Source: Nymphaea colorata
Taxonomy: Eukaryota
Direction of reading: 5' to 3'
NCBI RefSeq assembly: GCF_008831285.2
Contig: NC_045138.2
Coordinates: 42,036,001 to 42,100,000, forward strand
DNA: 64,000 nucleotides
This document shows, in pieces, positions 26,601-39,287 of the stretch (within the stretch, counting starts at the first letter, position 1; every line of letters begins with the position of its first letter). The notes beneath the pieces were generated by a model. The model did not search any database. It was given only the letters and a program-made list of their open reading frames with translations, and was not told where the DNA came from. The position numbers and the translations under genes are program-made.

Positions 26601-28107
26601 CTAGTTGAGGGGCGTGGGAATCCTCTAGTCAGTTCTTGACCACGATTTCTATACAAGTGTCAGATTTGGGATCAGATAGCCTAGGCACACAGTACAACAG
26701 ACTCGGTTCAATGCATGCCACCATGTAGGAGGATCCTACGCGTAAGTATGGGTACATATGGAAGTCCCCCTATCTCTACTTTCGGGATCACATTTATATA
26801 CCCACAGACACATATTTGCTAGGCGTCTTGATAATGCATTTCCATGATTCTAAAGACACTGGTCATGAGGGAGTGGAGGGGATGTATTGCCGACTGTAGA
26901 CCGCATTCCTTTGGCTGGGATGAAATGACATATTCGTGACTCACTCTATCAAAGTGTGTGATATTTGTCAGTATAATAAGTACAAAACACAGAAACCAGC
27001 TAGATTATTGTAGCCTTTAACCATTGTCGAGCAGATTTGGGAAGATATTTCAACGGACTTCATCGAAGGCTTATCCAAGTCATGCGACAAATCAATAATC
27101 TTAGTGGTGGTAGATCAATTGTCCAAGTATGCACACTTCATTGCGCTGGGTCACCCTTTCACAGCCATGACTGTCGCCTATGCTTTCCATGAACATGTGG
27201 AGAAACTACATGGTATGCCTCGATCCATTATCAGTGACCGAGATTTGTTATTCCTTAGTGCATCTTGGAGAGAGTATTTCCACTTACAGGGCACTAATCT
27301 AAAGATGAGTACAACCTACTACCCATAGATGGATGGCCAAACAGAGGTAATAAATCGCTGTGTAGAAACCTACCTCTGATGTTCCGTAGGGCAGCACCCC
27401 AAGGAATGGGCAACCTATTTATCTTGGTGGAATTGGCATACAACACTGGTTGGCGCACTTCCACAAACACCACCCCTTTTGAGGCCGTGTATGGGCGACC
27501 ACCTCTGACAGTTCACCGCTATTTGTCGGGCACTGCACATGATAACACAGTCGATACTTAGTTACATTGGCGAGATGTTTTTATGAAGGACATCAAAGAC
27601 CATCTAGCGACCGCTAGAAATTGCATGGTCTTACAATAGAACCGCCATCATCAAGATGTGACCTATCAAGAGGGCGATTGGGTATTCTTGAAAAGACCAC
27701 CACAGTGCACGACACAATTCAAGGGAGCTGAACAACAAATGTTACTGTCGTTACGTGGAACCCTACAAGATCAGCCATCAGATAGGTGAACTCGCTTACG
27801 AGCACCTTCCAGCCGGTAGTTCAATACATCTGGTATTCCACGTCTCCAAATTGAAACCCTGCACCACGGTTCCCATCAACAACGATATCCAATCTGCTCC
27901 CATCCTGGAAGAATCGCCCACCCTTTTGCCTCTGAGACGCATCGGCATGAGGAAATTTAAGAGAGATGGCAAGTGGTGTCACCAATGGCTAACTGAATGG
28001 TTGTCCAATGAAGATGCACGAGCAACATGGGAAGACAGTGAAGACATCATTTCTCGCTTTTCTTTATTCACACTTGATGACAAGGTGCTTTTCGAAGGGG
28101 GGAGTAA

Positions 28108-28354
28108 GGTTAGGCTCTGTGTAGTCTTATTACAACATTGCTTTCATTACGTTGGGTTTATTAGAGTTAGTGAGTTTATCAGTTTGGATCGGGACCTTAG
28201 TGAGGACCCGTACCCACTTTGTTTGAGATGTAAGTTCTTAATTGGGCTTGTCTAACCCTAATGACATTATGATGGATCATTTTCTCTTCTAGTCTCTCTC
28301 TCTTTCCCTCTCATCTCCTTCTCCTTCCTTCCTTGGTAACCCAAGAGGCTAGCA
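28108..28354 (+). repeat. 3' LTR of the nested gypsy (247 bp)
   Basis: Follows the PPT, starts GGTTAGGC (TG mutated) and ends CTAGCA before the TTTTG TSD. Confidence 0.9.
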
Positions 28355-28717
28355 TTTTGTTACGTATTGATGAGGATGGTAGGCAATTGATGAGGCAACA
28401 CACAATTAATATTGCATCCCCCCAAAAAATAAGATGGTACATTGCTCTGTATCATCAGCGTACGAGCAGCTTCCAACAAATGTTGGTGCTTTCTCTTTGC
28501 AACGTCATTCTATTGTGAGCTATGTGGATAGGTAAATGGAGGAACAATTCCATGTTTTGAGCAAAATTATAAAAGGTTGGACGATTTAAATTCTAGAGCA
28601 TTGTCAGTGTGAACAGCCTTAACAGAAATTCCAAATTGAGTCTTTATTTTAATAATAAGATTTTTAAGGATACATATAGCAACAAAACTTTCCTTCAAAA
28701 GGAAAACCCAACTAACA

Positions 28718-28807
28718 CAAGAAAAATCATCCACTACAACCAGATAATACCAAAATTTGGACCAAGAAAAATCATCCACTACAACCAGATAATACCAAAA
28801 TTTGGAC
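28718..28807. repeat. Perfect 45-bp in-frame tandem duplication within copia integrase
   Basis: CAAGAAAAATCATCCACTACAACCAGATAATACCAAAATTTGGAC twice; SKFWYYLVVVDDFS is repeated in the translation. Confidence 0.95.
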
Positions 28808-31124
28808 CGGCTAGCAGTACGACTAGGCCCCCACACATCGACATGAAGTAAATCAAACAGACTATGACTTGAAGGATTTAGACTTGACAGAAAACTACTC
28901 CTAGTGTGTTTCCCAAGTTGACAGGCTTCACACTGGAGTGACACTGACACGGAAAGCTAAGGAAACAAGCAACAAAGTTTTGACACTGATGGATGTCTAA
29001 GTCTGAGATGCCACTAAAGACTGGTAGGTTTGGATGGGACTGATGTAGCAACTGTGTCCACGGTCTCAAACATGAAATAGACTCCCCCCTAGTTCATGGC
29101 CTTCACCAATCATCCTCCCAATCTGCAAGTTCGGAAACCAACACAAACCAGGATAAAAAATGACTCTATAGTTCAAATCATGAGTCAGCCCTTTAACTAA
29201 GAGAAGGTGAGTGGGAAAGTCAGGAGCAAACAAGACGTTATTCACAGTGAAACAATCAGAAATTTTCACACTGCCCCAGTCGATAATGGGAGAGAATCTC
29301 CCATCTACAAGTTTCACCTTTCTAGGTTGAGGAAAATGGTGAAGCACAGTGAATAAGTTTGGTTGACTGCAAAAGTGCTTGGAGGCTCCAGAACAATAAT
29401 CTATGACATACCTGGATCTTGGTTCTGCATAGAGGAGCAAAGAGCAGAATCACCCACAACTGAAGATGTCAATGCAGAAGATGAGGCTTTCTGAGCCAAA
29501 AATTGTTCACACTCCGATTTACTCATCCTAACAGTGACCTTTTCTGCATTTGATTATGTATGTTCATCATCAACATGTGAAGCCTTTAGGATATGAGAAG
29601 AACCCTTGGCCTGTGATGACTCAGAGCCTCGAATCATTGGGCGACCATGTTTGTTCTTAGATGACCAAGCCTTCCACAAAACGTGCATTGAAATCTACTA
29701 CTTCCACCTCCTACACCACGACCCCCTCTCCCTCTATTGAAGGCCTGTACTGAGAAGGTTAAGGCCTACCCACGACCTCTTGGGACAGCTAATGCTGAAG
29801 AGGGTGCATCAGTTGAGGATGAAGTAAGGGTCACAACCAGACGACTAAGTCTGTTATAGGCCTCAGCAAGATTTGGAATTTCAGCCCTAGTCAACATTTG
29901 GTCTTTTGCCACTGGAAAATCATGAGACAACCCAGCTAAAAATTTCGCCACCATGTGCTGCTCAAAGTGAGTCTTGTAACATGATTGACAAGGGGGACAT
30001 AGAGCTTTGAGTCACCCATAGGCTGATTTAATTGATGCAAAGTATTAGGCCAGATCTAAGTCACCTTGTTGGAGCTTAAGAAGTTCTTCTTCAACCTACA
30101 AAATTTTGCTCATATTCTTATCTTGGGAGTAAGTTTGCTTCAGAAAATCTCACATTTGTTTGGCAGAGGTATAATAAGCAATTGTAGGAGTGATGTATGC
30201 CTGCATGTTATTCATAATTCATGTCATGACAATATTGTTATCTTCCTCCCATGTAGAATATTTTCTTGACTTCATTAAGGGTTCCTCCTCCTCAATAACA
30301 TGTTTTTTTTTGTGCCCCTTAACAGACATCATAAATACATGAGACCAAATTTCATAATTTGTGCCGTTTAACTTTACAGTAGACCCAAACGAAAGAAGAT
30401 TCCCAAAACTTCTATATTCTCCTTGTGTATCAGCAATCTCTCCACTCCATAGTGAAGATCAAAACAAAATATATGTGCACACTTTATATGGACTGTTGAA
30501 CATGGAATAATATGTGAGTGTAGGCACAAAAGTGAAGTCACAGATTATTCTTGGTTTCCATACGTTATTAACATGCACTCTAAGTAGGCAGCAGCCACAC
30601 CTTTCCACACGACCCTGAACAGCCAAAAGAAATTTTGCTGACAATGACTGCTGCCAAAAAAAACTTACAGACGAAGACTGCCTCAAGATTGCCACTGCTT
30701 CTGCTGTTCCCACATCAACTTCTCCAACAGCAAGTCCACATCTTGTTGTTCCACACTCATTAGTATCAACAGACCATTTCCACGATCAACAGCAGGTCTC
30801 TACAAATAGCAACAACGTCCAGCCATCTCCAGCAGTTGTTGTTCCACCAACAGTAGCATCAAACACCCATCTCCAGCAGTGTCAGCCTTCTCTGCGATTA
30901 GAAAAAAAAACTATTGTACATGTTCCACCCATGGGTCTGATCACACATTCCACATAGGTGTGATCAGACTCCACCAACCAGCGAGCAGTAGAGAAGAGGA
31001 AGAAGAAGGAGACGAGAGGAAGAAGAAGAAAGCAAGAGAGGAGAGAAAGAGGTCTGACAGTCACCGGAAAGAGAATTGCCAAAAGTCTACTAATCATCGG
31101 CAGATTGAAGGGATCAAGCCACCG

Positions 31125-31136
31125 GCTCTGATACCA
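31125..31136 (-). other. Primer-binding site (initiator tRNA-Met) of copia element
   Basis: TGGTATCAGAGC on the minus strand, abutting the 5' LTR. Confidence 0.93.
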
Positions 31137-31322
31137 TGTTTTTGTGAGAGAATGAAGAGAAGAAAAACATGTGAAATTCATTATTGATCTCTTACCCTAA
31201 CCCTTACTTAAGGGAGAATTAAGGTAAACAATATAATTACAATGTAAACGAAGAAAATATTTAAAACTATTATAGAACTGTCAGGTTCTTTAATATTCAA
31301 AAACCTTTCCTCATTGTCAACA
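31137..31322 (-). repeat. 5' LTR of copia element (186 bp)
   Basis: TGTTTTTGTGAGAG...CATTGTCAACA; direct repeat of 21227-21406. Confidence 0.93.
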
Positions 31323-34300
31323 ACTTGCATATCTCGTTGTAGTTTTGTAGACTAGATTATTATTTTTTGAAATTTATGGTTTGTAGTATTTAATTGATTG
31401 GTTTTAGGATCATTTTGTATTTTAGCAACCAACAAAAGTGAGTTGCACATTTCACGTAAGAAAGAACAAGTGAATTAGTCTAGGTTTGGGTTACCCATCA
31501 TTAACCAAGTCTTAGACGTTTTTGTAACCTACGACACTAAACAACGATTTGCATTTTAGATTAGTGAATGGTTAGTACAAGCTTACATGAAAAGTGTCTT
31601 ATTTTTTTCAACAAGCAACATTATATAGTTGCCTTTTGGTTTTTTAACAGGTTGTGCTGTTGAATTCTCTTTTTAGGCAATTCACAACCCATTCAAGAGG
31701 AAAGTGGAATGACGACAAGGAGATTCAAGGCCGCACACATTGAAGAAAATTGAGGTGCCATTGAAGACCAAAAATTCTAATGTCTTCAAAAGACACCACA
31801 TTGAGATTCAGGTTTTTCTCTTCTTTTATTTATTTGTACATTTTAGACTATTTTGTTTAAGTGTAAGCATCTATTCAACACCATTAGACATTTTGGAAGT
31901 GTAAAACTCTAATTGTTGCAATACAAGTATTCTCTTTTGAGTACTAAAATTCTTTTTCTGTCTTGACTCTACTTTGAATTTGCCATGTTTTGATTATATA
32001 TATTGATAGTAGAACAGTTGTCCCCAAAATTCAACCCAGACTTACTACTTGTTAAATTTGGTAAATATAACTAGTGCATCGTTTCACATTGTATTATAAC
32101 AGGTTATTTAATATGTGAATGGAGATTTGAATTGTATTGCACAATTATATCTGTATCCAAAATTAAACTCGTCGCGTCATTGGCTGTTGATAATTTCCAG
32201 TAATTGGAAATTAATATTTACAACAAGTGCAGGTCTTTCTCAATGTCTATAGATGTGTCTTTGTTCTGGCAGTTTGTGAATTTCACATAAATAATGTCCA
32301 AGAATAGTCCCATGTCCAAAAATGGGACAAAATTTGATCTTGTAGCTCCAAAGTATCATTGGCATGTGTGCCTTCACCAGCTGCCTTAAGGCAAGTTCAT
32401 TTGTTCTAGATGTTATAGTTGAAGCATGAAACTTGCCTAGCTGATCTTTTTTTTTTAATGAATTTGTGTTGGTTTATTTAGTTATTTATGTTTTTGTAAT
32501 TCTTTTAACATTTCCTTGAATTAGGTCAAGTTTTTAAACAGATTTGCCTTAGCCAAGGCTTTAGGTGCACATTAAGCAAGTTTCAGATGGTCCTGGAAAG
32601 GGTCTAGAGGATGCTGATAGCAATGGACTTGAGGACAAAAGTAGGTTAGCACCATCTTGATGCCAGCAGTTTTTGGCATCCTAAATTGAGAAATTCTTTA
32701 ATATTTTTCTATTTATTTGTTTTCTAAACTGATAATACAATTTCTCACTTGTGCATGCAAATATTTTTCTGCAATTGGCTTCAGCCTATATTTGGCCTCT
32801 TTGTTAATCACGTGTGTGAAGAGGAAGATGAAGATGAAGGATGAGGAGCTTTGATGGCATCTCCCTCCAAATCTTAGCCCTTTGCTGTTCGCACAATCCA
32901 CTGCCATCTTGGCCTGCCTTAGTCTCACAGTCAATTATCACTGTGACTTGCAGCATGTCCTTGTTCCATCGGCTTTAACTTTGCCGGAGATGGCCGAAGA
33001 ACCTCCCTGAAAATGCATTCCAGTTTCAGAACCTTAAGATCAGTTTCCTTCTCAAGAGAGCCGGCCTCCAATCTTTGGCTGATTTCAAACATGACGCTCT
33101 TGCCGAAACTGATAGGCTGCCTTCATGCTTAAGCAAGCCAATGGACGTGCCTTCATTATTTGAGCAGAAGAGTGGTCGTCAAAGACATTGTTAGTAGGGC
33201 TGGTCTCAATCTTGATGAAATAGAGAGCACTTCTAACAATTAAGTGGTAAATTATCTCAATGCGTCTACCAAATGCACTTTCTAGGGTTTACATTTTGTG
33301 TAGGATTTTGTTGTGGTGAAAGAATCATGAGTTCATGACCTTATTGCATTGCAAGCTCGTGGGTTTTTCTTGGTACTACTTTCGTGTGTACTTTATTGTT
33401 ACTCATCTGCAAATCCAGATAGAAGGAATATTTTGTATTTCAGAGCATTTCCGTCATGAATAATGCCTTCCATGTTAACTAAGTGATGTTCGCATTGTAT
33501 CTAAAATTATATGAGAAGTAATAGTCAATTTTAATTTTGACTTATTCACTGCTTGACATTCCCCTCCAAGTTTCTGCAGATTGCTTGAATCTCAAAGGTT
33601 GTCCTTGAAACAAGAAAGTGTGCTATGGGTCGAAGTTCCAATTCATGAACCTTCTTGTCATCTTTTTTAAAGTGACTATGAAATCGATTTGAATGATAGT
33701 GTTGGGTGCAGGTTGATCTACGTTCCAACATTCATCGATAGTGTTTACAAGGAGAATGATGGCCACATCTCCTCTCAATCGGCTGGTAACAGTTTTGCAG
33801 CTAAGGCATTAAAAAATTCAGTTTTGATAGAGTTTGAATTATTGCTTTTTACACCTAAGATTGTAAAAGCATGTTTGCCATAGGCTTAAGTTATTTCTGT
33901 TGTAATTCATTTATGCATCAAGCCTATGCATGAACTACACCCAATTCTAAGTGAGAGAGAGACAGGGAAAGAAAGAGAGAGCCAGGGGTTATTAATAGAA
34001 TTTAACATATAAATCACCATGAAAATGTTTGTTGCTAATATGATAACATTTAATTAAAATGACAATGTGCAACAACCCAGCAATAATTTGCTCAGAAATG
34101 GAGCACTATAATTTCCAGTTTCGAAAATTTTTTCTATAGGAATGATTCGGTGGTAATGTGACTGAGTTATCTAATCCAAATCATGTTTCAATGTTGAAGG
34201 CAACTTGGACACCTCCACGACCCACAGGGTATGAAAATTTTTCCTATTCTCATAACTTAAACGCTTGGTTTTCCAGCCACCTTGTTAATATTAAACTTGT

Positions 34301-35752
34301 CTAATGTGGAAGCATGCCAACACTCTTGCTTGTTTTTGTGTTTAATGAACTTAGGTGCACATATTAGAGCTGTCTTCACATCTCCATACTGCGAACTAGC
34401 TAAGAATATTTTATATACATTAGTTTTATTGCTCTTTCATTTTTTTTCTCGTCCATTTATTTGTTTGTTTTTGTCTTTCTTTACCCTATTTCTCCTAGTT
34501 TCCTGAATAAAAACGTGACTTGTGGGTTGTTGAACTTAATTGTGCTACCAAACTTGTGCTGCTTTGTTTTAATCATTTTTAGACAAGTGTTGAGCCCAAG
34601 AGTTGTGGGCTCTAATCGGTCATTGATTGGAGCCTCTGCAAAACATTATTTAAGTTGCATTTCTTTAGTTTAATTTATTTTAACTTTTCTCTTTCTTTCC
34701 GTAGAGCTATGAAAGTATATTAACAAAACTCCCTGCAGCAGTTATGGTTCAAACTCTTCAAATACCATTCCATGGATCCAGTTCTCATATTCGACCCATT
34801 TTTTATTAGCTTCGCTTTACTGTCTTTATATTTTTCTCTTTATTTCCTCGTTACAACTCTGCACATATGCAAATTCAGACCTAATGTATCCAATTCAGTA
34901 TGAAACACATGAATTTAGCTTTTTAATGATTGCCTTACTTGTGACAGGTGCTAACCAGGGCCATAACGGAATTCTCTAGCATGAAGATGACTTTTGATTA
35001 TTGTCTCCTATTGACGTTTATTTTTTCTGATTAATCTTTAGCTGGAAATTCTTTACTCGGGGCATATGATAACTGATATGAGTCCTGTATCTTTGGTCTA
35101 TACCTTCTTTTCAGGCTTGAACATAGGTTGCTTTTCTTCAAAGAAATGCAGCTTGTTTTCAAATTCCAATCTTAGTAGATTTTTTTTTTTTCGACATTTT
35201 CTAGTTGAGATACTCTTTGTGGGTTACTTTTTTTAGTTATGAGTGTATATGAGTTGTTGATGATTTTGACATTTTAATTATGAACTTTATTTTTAATTTA
35301 TAGGCAGGAAGATGAAAGAGAAAGAAAAGGATGGAGTCAAGTGGATGCCGTGGGTTATTACTTTGGCCGGCACTTATGAATTGTCGGGAAGATGGGCAAA
35401 CCCACCAAGTGTCGGGAAAGGCCATTTCGTGTTCATCTCCCCCGCCCTATTCCAGGAACTTGGTAAAGTGCCTCGGATTTTTTTCACGGCATCAAACACC
35501 CTGTGATGTCTCCCCACTGTAATCCACCTTGTCGTATAAACGATTTCCCAGTTATGGTAGCAAGAACCTTTGCACTAAGTACAATTAAACAAGTGTCTGC
35601 CTTTTATCTTGATGTGAATTCTTCTAGTTCTTTTGCTTTCCACTGTCATGGTGGTTTAATACAATCTGTACACACGCCAAGGTAAGAGATTACCCAAAAT
35701 TTTGCAAAATAATGTAAAGAATGGAGGTGCATCATCCACATACATACATACT

Positions 35753-35787
<35 letters not shown>

Positions 35788-37819
35788 AGTCAGAATAAAT
35801 TGGACTTTTTTTTAGTTTAAAAAACCAATTTTAGACAACTAAAATTTTTTAAATTCCACACAAAAATCAAGATTCATTTCAGGGAGGGGCAAGCATGATA
35901 TATAGTCGATAGGGCTGGCACACCACAAGTTGTGATGGCGCTACATCATCTTTTCTAGGAAGAGCTGGCAGATATCATCATTTGCTAACTCCATTTTCAA
36001 AGGGACATATATGGACATCTTCGCTATCCGTTGGTATGGTCCAATTATTCTCGATGCAAGTGGGAACGCCCATAAAAAAAGTTAGACCACATAGTATCAC
36101 TCTCTTTCACAAAGATGCTTGTGCACGTTATAGTTGATCGCTTTCAAAATGTCCTGCTCATCTTGGCAATTTATTTTCCTCTCTTTCTTTCTTTCTCTCT
36201 CTCTCTCCCCCCCCCCACTTTTTTTTTTAGCTTTTTCCCTTTTTTCTTTGTTATTCATTTTCCAAGTTTATAATATCCGACCAAACAAACGGATAAGGAA
36301 CTCAATGTAAAGTTTGGGAAATCATGAAAGCAATTAGTTCATGATTAACTTTTTTAAGCAAAACAAGGCCCGCTTGTTCATCCTTTTTTGCAGCTTTCCT
36401 AAGGAATTATGATTACACAAACATGAAGTGGCTCGTATTTCTTGTAGGACATGTATTTAAAGGTTCCCGGCCATGACATTGTATTTGGCTGATCCGCCAA
36501 TTATGGACAGAAAAAACAATAATATATAAGAATATCTAACTTATAACATGTTCAGCCGTGAGATTTCCAAATTCACATCTAAATGTTTATCTTTTTCTTT
36601 GATAAGTAAGCCTGCCAAGATTAGACAAGTATCGTCCGACTATGCCAAAAGAGGCCCTGATTATTAATTTTGAACCCTTAAACCTTTTTCAAATGAGAAG
36701 AAAGTTACCTGACTAAGTAGGTACTGATCAGTGCAAGTTGGCATTTGAATTCCACATTAAAAAGAGTGCATTTTCTTCTTGAACTAATTCAAATGGGAAG
36801 AACAAAGTTTGTAACATTGTCTTAGCCATCACCCAGGTGTTTCTCGAATATGTCCTAATAAGAGCTCTTCTCATTCAATTCGAGTTCCTTTTATTATCTA
36901 ACTATATTATACCTATGTTTTGTTGGCTTGGTATCTTTATATGTAGATTGCAAAATGGTCTTGACGCATGCATGCCATTACCCACTTAGAGTGAAACTGC
37001 CCTTGAAATTCTACAACGTCAAGACGGTTTGAGCAAAGCAAAGTTCTAGTCTGTAGCTGATGTTTTAAATGGACCTAATATACAAGAAGCTAGATGAAGG
37101 GCCTTAATTTCTATGAAGAAAAGAGAAACGATGAAAAGAATTCACGAAATAAAAAATACATCAACTCCAAACGCCAAGCTTGTGTCCGGATTTTGAACGA
37201 TCGGAAAAGGAATCCGCGCACTGGATAGACACGGCATGGAAACATCACCAAATTCAATGGGTGTTAACTTTAATTTATATGTAGATAAAAAAACACATAC
37301 ATGTGTTAACTTTAATTTGTTAAAATTCATAAAAGCCAATCAGATTTTTTAGCGGTTAATTGGAGAGTAAGTGCGTAAGTCGGCCGAAACTTTAGGCATG
37401 TTCTTTTCTCTCTCTTCTTTTTAAATAAATGCAATCGTTAGGTACTCACTCTTATTACGGTCAGACCACGACGAGAAGCAAGACAAGAACTTTGCTTATA
37501 AGCCGAGTAAAATGCTAATTTAATGGAGGGGAGAGAGAGAGAGAGATGGGTGGCTGCAGGTTGGCGGGGGTCCTAACCCATCGTGCCCATGTGAATGGGG
37601 GGTTTTGGTCCCATGGTGGAGGGATGGAGTGGGGTCCCATTGCACTTAATTATTTAACGCTCCTTCCGCCTGCACATGGCTCATCATTTTGCCAACAAAC
37701 AAAGCCCATAAAAACACACATCCCTTTCCTACTTTGGAATCTTGCCCTCCATTCCCATCCCCACAACATGGCAGTTGCTATCTATAAAAGCATCTCTTTT
37801 GTGGACCAATCTCTCTCTT

Positions 37820-37823
<4 letters not shown>

Positions 37824-37898
<75 letters not shown>
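37824..37898. repeat. Compound (CT)n(AT)n microsatellite
   Basis: CT run followed directly by an AT run. Confidence 0.95.
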
Positions 37899-37901
<3 letters not shown>

Positions 37902-38026
37902 CTTACGCCAACTTTTGGACGCAAGGGGCATGATGCTCAGATTTTTATAGAAAAAGTGTACGATGCCTAGATACCTAATTTTTAACAAAACCCCTTCTGT
38001 CGAAAACTTGGTAGAAGATGACACTT

Positions 38027-38103
<77 letters not shown>

Positions 38104-38652
38104 CAAGCTGCAAGCTCCAATACATACTCTATTATGGAAACAAGGAAAAAGGGTTACCAAAAGGTGTGTTGCAGAGCTAGAGCCGGGTATATGACGCTTG
38201 TAACTGAACACATTTGCATGTTTTAGCTTTGAGATAAGATGATGTCTGAGCACCCGTTTGTACATTCGTGCACACATAATAAGATGGACTGTGGGTAGTG
38301 CAAAGATGCTGGATGCAACTGCTGAACCAAGCTTTTTAAATTACGGTACCTTAAACCTTCAACTAAGCTGATCATGATTGTCCAGCTATCCATAATACAA
38401 GCACCAGGGCCTGTGAAAAAGAGTAATTCATTAATTCTCGTGACCGTATTTGTCTATCATGGAAATGAAAGAGTATGTCAATCCCAAACTACCTTCTCGA
38501 AGTTTATAACAAGTCTACCAAATGTAGGGGAAGGCAGATCCTACGGTGGTGTGGCCAAGCTCACACCACAAGAACAAAACAAGGGTTACATTGTTTTGAT
38601 GCACCATGTCCTTCGCCACTTGGCCTCATGCACTAAGCCCCACTGCATAGCG

Positions 38653-38835
38653 CAGTGGTGGAGCCTCCGCCTGAAATTTGTGGCTGCAGGGGGAAACTAA
38701 TATAAGATATCTTAGATTTGGGAGACACCAATATATAATAAACTAAATTATGTGCGAGAACTAGTATATAGATCAAAAGAAATTGTGTATCTGTTGAAAA
38801 CTACCCACACAAGCCCATATAGAGCTCCTCCACTC
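38653..38835. mobile_element. Degenerate hAT-type MITE
   Basis: Termini CAGTGGTGGAGC and GCTCCTCCACTC; 8-bp flanks GCATAGCG/GTGTAGGG match 5 of 8. Confidence 0.5.
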
Positions 38836-39287
38836 GTGTAGGGGTTTTTGGTTTTACAAACTAGGTAATGGTAACTTTACATAAAAGATATTGACAATAG
38901 ACGAAAAGCTACTGCTTAGAACCTCCACAAGCTACGTTGTACTTTCCAAATCCTCAAAAGGGTGTGGAGCCAGTACTAGTTTCTCAACAAGCAAAGATGA
39001 CCTTTAGTAGTACCGCGACGACCTCATCGATTTTATGCATAATTAGACATGGATTCGAGTAGCAAGTCGAAGACTATGGTATCTAGCTAGACGTGGAGTT
39101 AGTCCAATACCCAATATTTAATATGATCGAAATTAAAGAATTTACTAGTGGACTTGTGGTCCAAAATATTTCTTTGTTCCAATCATAATAAACCTTATAT
39201 GTCCAGCAGTAGCATAACCACATATGAGCCCACAAAAGTTCTTTGTTTTTACTTAGGTACATTCAACTAGTTGCTCATTTATATAAA

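Larger units (their letters stand above)
23536..28354 (+). mobile_element. Ty3/gypsy chromovirus (Reina-like), nested antisense in the copia integrase
   Basis: Perfect TTTTG TSD (23531-23535 and 28355-28359). Motifs: KMDFPRFNGDD (gag), VLVDTGSTHNF (protease), [12 protein letters not shown] and VFLDDILV (RT), VEVDAFDVGV (RNaseH), VVDQLSKYAHF and SIISDRD (integrase), ATWEDSEDI..LDDKVLFEGG (chromodomain end). PPT GAAGGGGGGAG 28094-28104. Many stops. Confidence 0.95.
21414..30450 (-). pseudogene. Fragmented copia gag-pol, interrupted at 23536-28354
   Basis: KLNGTNYEIW and AKFLAGLS (gag); VIDYCSGASKH (decayed protease); CEACQLGKH, LLHVDVWGP, HTDNALEF (integrase); QLDVKNAFL, YGLKQSPRAW, YVDDII (RT); CDNRAA..NPVFNERTKHIEVDCH and terminal DIYALA (RNaseH). 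Confidence 0.93.
21227..31322 (-). mobile_element. Ty1/copia LTR retrotransposon (Ale-like), two LTRs, degenerate, hosting a nested gypsy
   Basis: TG...CA LTRs at 21227-21406 and 31137-31322, PBS 31125-31136, PPT AGGGGGAG 21407-21414, gag-PR-INT-RT-RH order. Flanks AGTTT/ACTTG match only 3 of 5. Confidence 0.95.

Noticed and set aside
32800..35700. Scattered exon-like pieces and short ORFs
   Set aside because: No peptide recognised in any frame and no consistent splice chain.
37026..37504. Inverted match AAGCAAAGTTCT.GTCT, possible old MITE
   Set aside because: Only ~17 bp pair well and no TSD.
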